Assembly (NCBI GenBank): GCA_965649765.1
Contig: OZ287753.1
Span: 7,502,001-7,566,000 of the forward strand
Direction of reading: 5' to 3'
Origin: Bispira polyomma
Lineage: Eukaryota
Length of the DNA: 64,000 nucleotides
Of this stretch, positions 14,162 through 26,100 are shown piece after piece. A model generated the notes under the pieces. It did no database searches. It had not been told where the DNA came from and saw only the letters and a list, made by a program, of their open reading frames with translations. Each line of letters starts with the position of its first letter. Position 1 is the stretch's first letter. Made by a program: the position numbers and the translations under genes.

Positions 14162-17100
14162 ATTTCAAAAAAACTACACATAGATAGCATAAGTAAGAAA
14201 ACTATTAACATTTCTATTAACTTACTAACACTTATTTGTTCATTAATTGTAATAACTTGCACTTTAAATGTTGCACAGCCAAATGAAATGAGTTTGAGGT
14301 CAAGGTCATAAGATGGTAGTTTGACCTTGTGTGTGAGGTTTTGAAAGGTAAGAGGTCAGATGTAGTTTGGGAGATTTATTTATAAATCTTTAGTTTATAA
14401 ATGTTTAGCTTCTATGTACAACTATACAGAAAATTTAGATAAGAACTAAAATTTTAACATGCCAATAAGCAAGTAAAGGGTTTAAAAAACCCAACACATA
14501 AGATAAAATATAAGAGTAAGGGAACTCATAGACAAAGCAACATGGTAAATATAACCAATGATGACTAAGAATATAATGTTAGTAGCAATATGGTAAGTAT
14601 AACCAATCATAGCTAAAAAGAAGAAAATAAAGCAATATGGTAAATATAACCAATGATAACTACAAAATAAAATAACATGCTAGTACAGCAATATGGTAAA
14701 TATAACCAGTGATAACTAAAATTAAAATGCTACTGTAGCAATATGGTAAGATTAACCAATCATAGCTTAAACAATTTTAAAAGAATTAAAGTCCTAAGGC
14801 AAAGAAGTGAGTGTTAAATCCACAATCCTTAGATATTCTACAAATATGTACAAGGGAGGAGGGTTGGGAGATTTTTGATGTTGTTAGTTTGATTTCTGAC
14901 TTAATAATGAGCTTATCATAGAAAGGGCGCCAAAGCGCTGGGGAGAGTAAGAGAGATTTGTCTTCTGACTTATCAGTGAGAGTATAAGAAAGGCGGGAAA
15001 TGCCGAGGAGAGTGGAGGTGTTATCTGAATGCAGCATTGGGGTGAGGAGGAGTGACTGTGATAAGCAAGTAGTTTGAAAATAGAAGTACAGTAAAGTATA
15101 GCATTTCCGCGGCTGACTAGCCATGCTACTTCGTGGCAGTGACGAAGACAGGTACAACTTTTTAAAGTTGCTGGTCTTGTGGACCTGAAATATATTTTTG
15201 TAAACTTCATGCACTAAATACGCCAGAATGTCGTTGTTACCTATAATTATTAAATGATTCGGGAAAGATGTTCATAAAATGACTTCACTGGAGATTTGAA
15301 ACTGTTATCCATGTACAGTTGACATACCTTCAAATCCTTCAACACAGTCACATGAATATTCATTTATTCCATCTACACAAACACCTCCATTTTCGCAACG
15401 ATGTCCATCACAATCGTCAATGTTTGTGTTACACCTACTTCCTAAAATGAATTTATTTGTCAATATCTGTGACAAGCCTTTGCCTTTACACCTCATTAGA
15501 GATATTAAAATACTAGCTGTAATTGATGCTTCTGAAATAGGATGGTCACATTATTTTTTGATACCAAAAATCTGTAATTTATTTTTTGTTGTCGGCACAG
15601 AAGTAAAAAAAAATATTTGTGACAATTTTATTCGCTAAATTTGGGATTGATTCATTTCGTTACCTTGATGTTTTAGCTGCACTTGAATCCATGAATAAAA
15701 TAATTTTTAAAATAACCATAAGTTGGATAAGTAATATAAATGAGTGCATTCTTGCTCAATATTTTAAGCAAGAAAATGTGATATGTACAATGTACTTTCA
15801 TGGTAAACCTTGGCCATTCTTTATTGAAACTGTAGCAGTCCATCAAAAACCTAGGAAAATGTCGATTATGTCTGAAGTAAAGTATATCGTACAGATTGTG
15901 TGGCAAATTTTTAGGGCATTTGTTATCCATTTCTTTCCACAGATAAACAGCTACTATATGTTTGAATCCCTATGATTACTGTGCCATTCATTGACTATCT
16001 CTAATTGTCTACAACTTTATGTACATTTCTAGTACCAAAGAGTTTGAATTGACTTGTTTGTTTTTTTACGTCGCTTTCAACAGCTTTGGTCATATTGAGA
16101 CGGCCAGGTTCAGTGGTTGGCACTGGAAACTGCTGACCCATGGCAAGTACCTGACAAACTTTTTCACATGAAGAAGGAATCCGTGTGATTCGATCCCAAG
16201 AGGTGAGAGGCCAGTGATTTTAAAACAGACGCTTATATCCACTAGGCCACCGCTGTCCCTAGCTGTAGTACCAAGTTTTTTTGAATCTCTATTCGTAATA
16301 CCTTCAAATCCTTCTTGACATTCACACACATAGCCATTGATTCTGTCTTGGCATTGCCCTCCATTCTGACAAGGGTTTACAGCACAGTCGTTTATGTTGG
16401 TTTCACACCTGCTGCCTACAATGGACCAATTACATGTGCTAAAACCAATTATCGCCAGCAGACCGGCTGCACACACTGAAATAGCTTTGGTGCATGTTTG
16501 GGCAATATGCTTAAACGTATGCCACAATGCACCAACTAACCCTTATCTACCTGAAACATTATGTAGTAGTTAAAACAAATTTACTTATTGTCACCAATTG
16601 TTTGTTCTGTTATTGTAATTTTGTACGAGGTCATTATGGCTTGATGTCTTCTTGTAGTCATTTGTGGCAGGTTTGTACATGGGGTCATTGTAGGTTTAAT
16701 ATGTTTTTTTCTGGGGTTATGGGTATAGTATTTTTCCTATTTTATGTGGCTGTCAGTGTTTTTGAACTTCACGTGGAAGGTGCTGAAGGTGAATATATTT
16801 CTTGGTGTTTGTTTAACCAGTGGATGAGGTAATGTTCATAATGTATAGTAATGGCTGTAGTTAAAAAAAATATTTTATCCTTTTTTATACCTTATGTGAA
16901 AGTTTTTAATTGTTGTAACATGAGGGACACAATATCTAGTAAATATAACTTCACAGGAATATACTTCACTTGAATATATTCACAACACAATGAAAATATA
17001 CCATACAATATTTACGCAGGTCCACAAAAAGTTAATTTTGAATACAACACAATTTTGTTGTGTTACCTTTGTTATGAAAGTTGTGTGTTTCTTTCAATTG

Positions 17101-20100
17101 TTGTTTTTTGGGGGGCCAGAAAGTTGCATTGCCCAGTGGGGTTGTGCTGCTGGTATTTATGTTGGTGTGATTTGTGAAGTCTCAATTACCTTCATGTCCT
17201 GACACTGGTGTATTCATCTTCACCTTTATACCCCGACACACAGTTACAGGTGTATTCATCCTTATCTTTATACCCTGACAGACACAGGTGTATTCATCCT
17301 CACCTTTATACCCTGCCACACAGTTACAGGTAAATTCATCCTTACCTTCATATTCAGGCAAACTCCTATGTATTCATCCTTACCTTCATATTCTGGCAGA
17401 CACCTGTGTATTCATCCTTACTTTCATATTCTGGCAGACTCCTGTGTATTCATCCTTACCTTCATATTCTGGCAGACTCCTGTGTATTCATCCTTACCTT
17501 CATATTCTGGCAGACTCCTGTGTATTCATCCTTACCTTCATATTCAGGCAGACACCTGTGTATTCATCCTTACCTTCATATTCAGGCAGACACCTGTGTA
17601 TTCATCCTTACCTTCATAGTCAGGCAGACACAGGTGTATTCATCCTTACCTTCATACCCTGCCACACAGTTACAGGTGAATTCATCCATACCTTCATATT
17701 CTGGCAGACACCTGTGTATTCATCCATATCTTCATACCCCAACACATAATTACAGGTGTATTCATCCTTACCTTTATATTCTGGCAGACACCTGTGTATT
17801 CATCCTTACCTTCATATTCAGGCAGACTCCTGTGTATTCATCCTTACCTTCATATTCAGGCAGACTCCTGTGTATTCATCCTTACCTTCATATTCAGGCA
17901 GACACCTGTGTATTCATCCTTACCTTCATATTCAGGCAGGCTCCTGTGTATTCATCCTTACCTTCATATTCAGGCAGACTCCTGTGTATTCATCCTTACC
18001 TTCATATTCAGGCAGACTCCTGTGTATTCATCCTTACCTTCATATTCAGGCAGACTCCTGTGTATTCATTCTTAACTTCATATTCAGGCAGACACCTGTG
18101 TATTCATCCTTACCTTCATACCCTGCCACACAGTTACAGGTGTATTCATCCTCCCCATCGACACATGCGCCACCATTCTGACAGGGGGAAGACTCGCATT
18201 CATTGAAGTCACAAGGGGTGCCTAAACAGACCAAACAATAAGCTTGTAACCAACTTTAACACAGGTCAAGTTGTACTACACTACTACTGAGAACCGTTCT
18301 TATTTCTCAGCAAGTTAAAGCGCATCGTGTTTGTATGTGTGTCTGGGGTGTATTCTATAACCTTCCTAAAAAAATAGGAAACACAAATGAAGTCATCGAT
18401 TTGAATTGATTTTCAGTATGACTATTTAACAACTGCTTATTATGTGGTGATTGACAGTTCATTAGTGGAGAAAAGCAGTACATTGTGGTTTGTCAAGGTT
18501 TTTTCTGTAGTGCAAACCACCAGCCGTCAGCAATCTTTACACCCTCTGGATATTAAACCTGCCACCCAGTCTTAAGTTGCTTCACAATGATTTAGACAAA
18601 TAGTGACTTTTAAATAGTACAGTATTTGATCTGTTGGACAAAGATATATTGCGATTCTTTTGCTACTAAATTGTTAATGTCTAGTCTGTGCACATGTATT
18701 GTATTCTGCATTTTCAACGCCTTATTGATATAAGGCATGCTCCAACGACAGAATCGATTAACCAACTGAGAAAATAATAGCAAGATCATAATAAAGGATG
18801 TGGAGGTGTCCAGGGAGGGAATTAACAGGAGTTTGTTTTCTCCTAAACCCAGAGTGTCTTTCTAGTGATCTAAAATCAACTGAGAGACTATTATATAACA
18901 CCGGGGCATGGTTCTAGATCCAACCATCTTATTGGGTTTAACAGAGAAAACAAAGTTTTCTCTCTTGGGGTTACTATAAGACAGATGAGTGGCAAGGTAG
19001 GAAGGCTGTTGAAAGCTTTAAAAGTCGTAACATAGAACACACATAGCAAAAACATACTGAGGTTTCTAATATTATATGTGTCAAAGCATTATATACAGTT
19101 TATTAGACTAATCAACCGATGTCACAAAGGGTGTGCTGACAAAATGTCGATGGACAAAATGCAACTTTGTGAAGGTAAACAAAATGCTGGCCCGTTTTGG
19201 AGTTGAACAAAATGCCAGTGATGTCAAAACATCTTCCAATATGTCAATATCTCATAGGAATGTGGATGGTTGGCTACAGGATATTCCGTCTTAGTATCAG
19301 TTACTAGAGCACCCGTGCAATGCAAAGCAACTCTCTGAGAACTAGATCAAGTTTTCGACTGCCATTTCATGGCATTTGCAGCCACCGGTGACAGAGTGTG
19401 CACCATTGGCAAGTTAAACACATAACAAATAAAAAGAATCAGTTAGTAATTGTGATTTCTTCATTTCTCATTGGTGGGAATAAGTGTGAATTAGTGGGTG
19501 TTAGTAGTTTTGTGTTAGGTCCTCGGCATGTTCATATCAAAAAGGCCACGAAACAAAATTTGGTAGATGCCACGAATATTGACAAATGTTTGTCTATGAG
19601 ACCAGGCCATTATATCATACAAAAATACAAAAAGAATCGTCTTTTTATTTAGTTTGTGGTTGTATTGATTAATTCTATAGCTGTACACAATATGATAACT
19701 TTGAGTTAATAGTTTTAGCGTGTACCGGGGGAAGACTGCTACGGGAAAAATACCATAAAATTTTGTAAAAAATCAACGTTTATGGCTACATCTTTACGTT
19801 TAATTGTTACTATTTATGTTTTTCTACCCTTTTTACATTAAATTTGAGTAATTTTACTGTTTTATGTTGTGAATTTAGCTAGAAAATTATAATAGCCGAT
19901 TATCGCCCACTTCGTTTGGCGGGAGTGGGCCGTACTCTACTATAATATTTTGTAATAAGATCTACATCTGCACGGTTATTTGTTGGTATTTATGTTTTTT
20001 CTAACCTTTTTACATTAAATTTGAGTAGTTTTGCTGTTTTATGTTGTGAATTTAGCTAGAAAATTATAATAGCCGATTATCGCCCACTTCGTTTGGCGGG

Positions 20101-23100
20101 AGTGGGCCATACTCTATAGATCTATAATATCTGTAATAAGATCTACATCTCCACGGTTATTTGTTGTTATTTATGGTTTTCTCCCCTTTTTTACATTGAA
20201 TTTGAGAAATTTTGCTGTTTTATGTTGTTAATTTAGTCTCGTTTTGCTGTTCTATATTGTAAAAATTTTTCCAAATTCTGTACATTTATTTATTACTATT
20301 TATGATTTTTCTACTCCCTTTACATTTACTTTTTATCTCATTTTGCTGTTCTATATTGTAAATTACATGTTGGTGTGGTTGTACTTAGCTTAAGGTCAGG
20401 CTATAGTGTGGGGTGCTAGGGTGCCCGTGAGTCGCCCACGGGACGAAGAATTATGCGGTGAGTTGTAGGGACAAGCTTTCGGAGGCTCCCCACTGTTGAG
20501 TTCAGGTTAAGGGCTTCTTTTTTTCTACAACCTCACTAGGCATGTTTCTGCTTTGGGTTGTCCTTTTTTCAGCACTTTTTGCTGTGGCTATGGCTCATAG
20601 GTATGAGTTGTTGCATCACAGTGTTGCTCATACATCAGCAACCTCATTGGCTAAAGTGGCAAAAAATTTTCATACACATGTTCTTGTCGTAAATTTCCTA
20701 CCACCATTAATGGAAGAGGTCTTGTCTTGTTACTTTTACTCGCCGGCGATGTGTCCCTTAACCCTGGTCCTGTCATGCTCGGGGTGTTAAATGCTAGATC
20801 CGTGAGGAACAAGGGTCCACTCCTTGCAGATATTGTGACATCGCACGACCTCGACTTCCTTTGTGTTACTGAGACCCATGTCCGTCTATCTGATACGGAT
20901 AGCTTCCTACGGTCTGTTACTCCTCCAGATTTTGTGTTTCCTCAAACGCCTCGTCCCTCACGGATTGGTGGCGGTGTTGGTTTCTTCATCAGATCCTCCT
21001 ACAAACCACATAAAATAGATTCTCCTGTCTATCAGTCCTTTAAAAATATGGTGGTGTCAATTGGGCTTCATGGCCGCTCACTGTTGCTTGCCTGTGTCTA
21101 TCGCCCCCCAGGATCATGTACCTGTAATTTTTTAGAAGAATTTATGTCTTTTGTTGGTTTCTTGTCGTCCATTAACAGTTCATATCATATCTGTGGTGAC
21201 TTTAACATCCATGTTGATGCACCAGTTGGTGACGGTCATAAATTTATGACCTTTCTTGATTCATACGATTTAAAACAGTTAGTTAGACAACCTACCCATC
21301 TGCATGGTCACATTCTGGACCTTATTTTATCTCCTTGTGATCAGGATACTATTGTGGATGTCAAAGTCTGTGATTTCATATCGGATCATGCATTAGTCAA
21401 ATGCTCAATTGCCACTCCCCCTCAGGTGGCTCATATTCCTAATAAAGTGCATTATAAGAGGTACCACCGTATTAACATGTCTGACCTTCGTACTGATCTT
21501 GAGAGTACTTCCTTTATTAAGTCACCTACCAATTCTGTAGCCAAACTTTATGAACAATACATACATGACTTGGGTGATGTACTAGATAAGCATGCACCAC
21601 TTGTATCCAGAATGTCAAAGAAAGAATCTGTGCATTGGCTCTCTGATTCTTACCGACGGGCTAAATCTCTCAGGCGCCAATATGAAAGAACTTGGCGAAG
21701 GGCCAAGAATCCATTAAATAGAAGTCGACTACATCGCCAGATTGCTCGGTGCAATGTACTTGTTAACGAGGATAAGTCGGTGTATCACAGTAAACTTATC
21801 TCTGACAACAGTCACAACTTCAGGAAGCTGTGGCACGAACTGCGCAAGACCCTTAATATGGATACCAATGTGGCACTCCCGTCCCATGATTCCTTTTTTT
21901 CGGACAAAATTAAGAGAATTAGGGATACTTTTATTGTCTCTGGAACTAAAATTGATGTTCATCCTCTTTCTGATCCGCCAGAAATTATTGCCTTTGCCAG
22001 AGTCTCTGAAGATGATGTTAGTAAAATAATAAGTAACTCGCCTACAAAATCCTGCATGTTGGATCCATGGCCAACATCTCTTATTAAAGAATGTAGTGAT
22101 ATATTACTACCATCCATTACAAAACTTGTAAACTGCTCACTTACGGAGGGACTTCTACCTGATGGTTTTAAAACAGCTGTGGTTACTCCTCTTATTAAGA
22201 AGGCTTCTCTTCCAGTTGATGACCTGAAGAATTATCGCCCTGTATCTGGTCTTAGTTTCATATCAAAACTGGTTGAACGCGTGGTTGCTAGGCAACTGTT
22301 AGATCACATCTTTGTCCACGACTTAGACAACCCATACCAGTCTGCGTATAAAACTGGTCATTCGACTGAGACAGCTCTTCTGTCTATAAAAAATGAAGTT
22401 CACTTATCTTTGTCAAGAGGGGAACCTACTGCCCTGGTATTGATCGACCTCTCTGCTGCCTTTGACACCATTGATCATTCCACGCTTCTCAGTTGTCTTC
22501 AGACTTGGTTTGGAGTTACAGGCTCTGTTCTTAAATGGTTCACTTCCTACTTAACTGATCGTTATCAGTCGATAAAAATTGGCTCTACTCTGTCCGATCT
22601 TTGTAAACTCTTGTTTGGTGTCCCTCAAGGTTCTGTTTTGGGCCCTCTGTTGTTCTCATTATACACTGCTCCTCTCAGATTGGTTATTGGCAAATACACA
22701 GGAATAAAGTTTCATTTTTATGCAGATGATACCCAAATTTATGTACACCTATCCCATAAAAACACATCTACTGCCTTTGAACAGTTGAACAGGTGTCTTG
22801 ATGATGTGAAAGAGTGGATGTCAACTGGTAAACTCAAACTTAATCCCGACAAGACTGAGTTCATAATCTTTGGCTCAAAACAACAGAGGGATAAGTTGAA
22901 AGCATTGTTTCCAGTTGACATCCTGGGTAGCCCTTTCAGTCCAGCTGATTCTGTCAAGAACCTGGGTGTATGGTTTGACTCTGACTTTTCTTTCTCTAAA
23001 CACGTTCAGAGTGTCTGCAAAAGCTGTTTTATGCAACTCCGTGACTTTAGACGTGTCAGATGGTTTCTCACTTATGATGCTTCTATACTTGTGGCCAATG

Positions 23101-26100
23101 CTTTTGTCAGTAGTAGACTGGATTACTGCAATTCACTTTTCAGGAGTCTCTCAAAGTTTAATTTACGCAAATTACAATGCATTCAAAATAGTGCAGCTAG
23201 AATTGTGTCAAACACCAGTCGATACACTAGTATAACTCCTGTTCTTAAGAAATTGCATTGGCTCCCTGTTGGACAGCGTTCAGTGTTTAAGACAGCTACA
23301 CTTGTTTATAAGTTTCTCCACACTGGGTTTCCAAAGTAAATGCCCCATATCTTTCCACTTACAGTAGTTCCTACAATACCAGATGTAGTCAGAGTGGTAG
23401 TAATTTCCTTGTTGTTCCGAAGTTCCACCCATCTACTCAAAGGTCGGTAAAACAGTTTGGTCACAACTTTGCTTTTGATGCTCCCATTGTTTGGAATGCT
23501 TTTGCTGATGTGATTTGTGCTTCTAAAGCATACCCACCTTAGTCTCAATCATCCCCCGGCGCGCTCTATGTTGCTGACCCTTTGTCTGTCCCTTGATTTT
23601 GGAAATTGGATAACTGTCTTTTGTGCTGGTGCGCCTTAGAGTCCCCTTTGTTAAGGGGAGATTAAGCGCAATAAAAGTCTAATTACAATTACAATTTGAC
23701 CGACCTATAAGTTCCTATTTACATAAATATCATTATTTTAAAATATTTCCATTTTTTTTGCCGTTGTATAGGACGTAGTAATGTGCCCTGTCAGATTTGT
23801 TAAGTTTTACTAATGGTAACTGCTCTGTCGCTCACCGTGTGTATCATCAGTAAAAAAAACCCAAAAGAATAGTCAAGGACAGATAATTTGGTTCATAAAA
23901 TGTTATGACATTGTTCATGGTACTGGTATATCAATTATTATATCAATTGAAGTTATGTATTCACTGTTTTAATAGAACTGCCATCCATTTACTAGAGTCA
24001 TCGACCGCGGTTCGGGGGTCAATTTGAAAATTGTTTGTAAATGTAAGGTCTTTAATATGTTTTGATGTTTTGACAATGGGGGCATTTTGTCCACCCACAC
24101 CCAAAAATAGCCCGACGTTAAGTCCACCTTTGCACAATTGACCGACATTTTGTCTATCGGAATTTTGTGCTGGATTCGTCACAAATATTGACCTTGTAAA
24201 AGTTCAGGTCAAGGTCACAATTTGATAGGCTTCCAATAATAAACCAAATCTAGTTGCTTACCCAATATGCTGTATGGGAGGAGCAGGGTGGTGACTCTGT
24301 GTTGTGACTCAACTAAAATCTTGATATCCTTAACACCTAATTATAGGTGTATGTCAACAGGATTTGATAACTAAATTATTATAAAATGTACCTAAATTAT
24401 GCTTACTTTCCCGAATTTGTCTTCTATAAACAGGATAAAAAGGTTCATTACAAATAAAAATGGGAGACTTTTAATTTATTATGATCTCAGAAGAAAACAT
24501 TTAATCCTTCTACAAGTTGTCTGGGATTAAATCCAATAATAATAAACACACTGGCACCTTAAGTGGGGCAGCCATTAAGTCCACAAGGATAACACCAAGT
24601 CAACATTCGAACTTTAATTAATAGCTGGTGTTTATTATTTGTAGATCTCCTTTTCTGCTACACTATATTCTACTGTAGATTGAGTTGTTCACCTTCAAGC
24701 ATTTTGCTAGGATATTTACTCACTCCATTACATGTATTGTGTCCGGCTTTTTGACAGTACCAAAGTCCTTACCTCACACTTACAATAAAAGCCTTCTCAG
24801 GTGACATGAATAAGCCCCACTCTTGTGAGCAAATCCTTTTTACAAAAGCACCACCACAGAGTTTTGGTCAAATATTTGACCTTCCCGGTGTCAAAAGAAG
24901 AAGTAGTAACAACATAGTGTTGATAAAAGAAGTCAATGAAACTCATTAAACAAGGTAAATAAAAAATACATGCCGAATAATTGTAAACGTTTACGATTTC
25001 TTATTTTGATATGACAATTCTAACCCTATTTATAGTCACAGAGTACACACACTAACTAAAAGCTTATCCACCTGATCCCCCTTCTATTCAGGACTACTGA
25101 CATACATAGCATGTCAGCCATTTTAAAACATAGAAAACATTTTATTCACAAACATTTTCTATTAAAACTGTTTCTTTAAAAACTACTATGTAAACCTGGT
25201 CACTGTGCTCTAAGGAAAGAATATAAGTTTCTTTGGTATATTGTATTTATTTTTGTACAAAGACTGCTTTAAAAGTCGTAAAAACAAAGATGAAAAAAAT
25301 CATGATTTTGACAATACCAGGATTTTGTCCAGCCACCCCAAATATTGACCGACATTTTGTCCACCCCAGCAAATTTCACCGGCATTTTGTCCACCGGCAT
25401 TTTGTTTGATCACCAGAATATAAAACCGAAATAAATGGAATTTTTAACAGAGGTACTAAGTTATTTTTAGCAGTGTTTTATCATTATATATAATGTGACA
25501 GTTGCTTTTCAGTTCCTACATACGTCATCGGAGGGATAGAGGCATTTCTTCCCCATCATCGCCCCCCCCCCTCCCCCCGTGCCCCCTATTTCATTTTGTG
25601 ATGAGGTCAAATGGTCAAAAGCCCCTCTTTCCCCGCCGTTCTCTATATGCATACAAATTGTTGAAAAAATGAGCTCACTTAAGTGGGTGTTCCATTATAG
25701 TTATTTGGTCCCGGACCTTTCTAATTTTGAGGTCCGGGACGAGTTTGTATAGGTCCGAGGCAAAACCGAACATGGTATTCAGGAAGGATATTCAACATGT
25801 TTCATATTTCAAAAAAGTTGCCCAGACTATCTTCTCGATCCCTAAAAACGGGAAGGTCGGCATCGCTGAATAAGTTAAATCTGACTGTCATTACGTTAGC
25901 ACTGGCCCGTTAAAACGTATAGGTCAGGGGGAGAAAACGGGCTAAACAGGGGATCAGGAAGAATATAAGACAATTTTCGTCACATAGCAGTCCCGACCTT
26001 GATTATGACAAGTAAGATTGTGACGGACTGGGGGTAGATCCTATCACCAATACGATCGATCCTAGGGTGATGCGTCTGATCCTATCGTCCGATCCTGGTA

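Larger units (their letters stand above)
13942..15220 (-). mobile_element. Possible decayed DIRS-like (tyrosine recombinase) 3' fragment
   Basis: Fragments AFPAFL / [10 protein letters not shown] / [10 protein letters not shown] loosely resemble YR boxes; followed by ~50-bp repeats, as in the element at 60.6-64 kb. Confidence 0.3.
19129..24177. mobile_element. Non-autonomous DNA transposon (MULE/Merlin-like, 8-bp TSD) hosting a nested LINE
   Basis: GTCACAAA at 19121-19128 and 24178-24185; imperfect TIRs built from GACAAAATG/CATTTTGTC motifs. Confidence 0.6.

Noticed and set aside
14008-14311. IYIYIY ORFs
   Set aside because: (TA)n microsatellite
17186-18113. CRISPR-like array (also 50666-50885)
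   Set aside because: Contiguous repeats with no unique spacers, no cas genes, eukaryotic context
17288-18206. Long plus-strand ORFs ([10 protein letters not shown] repeats)
   Set aside because: Products of the stop-poor minisatellite
583-18221. Calling the gene Notch, Crumbs, Delta/Serrate or fibropellin
   Set aside because: N-terminus is signal peptide + FN2 + FN2; no DSL, LNR, LamG or CUB domain seen; C-terminus is outside the window
24685-24775. Possible extra exon in the large intron (TCNGVSKY...LEG)
   Set aside because: Cys pattern incomplete and no consistent acceptor or phase; flanking exons already join in frame
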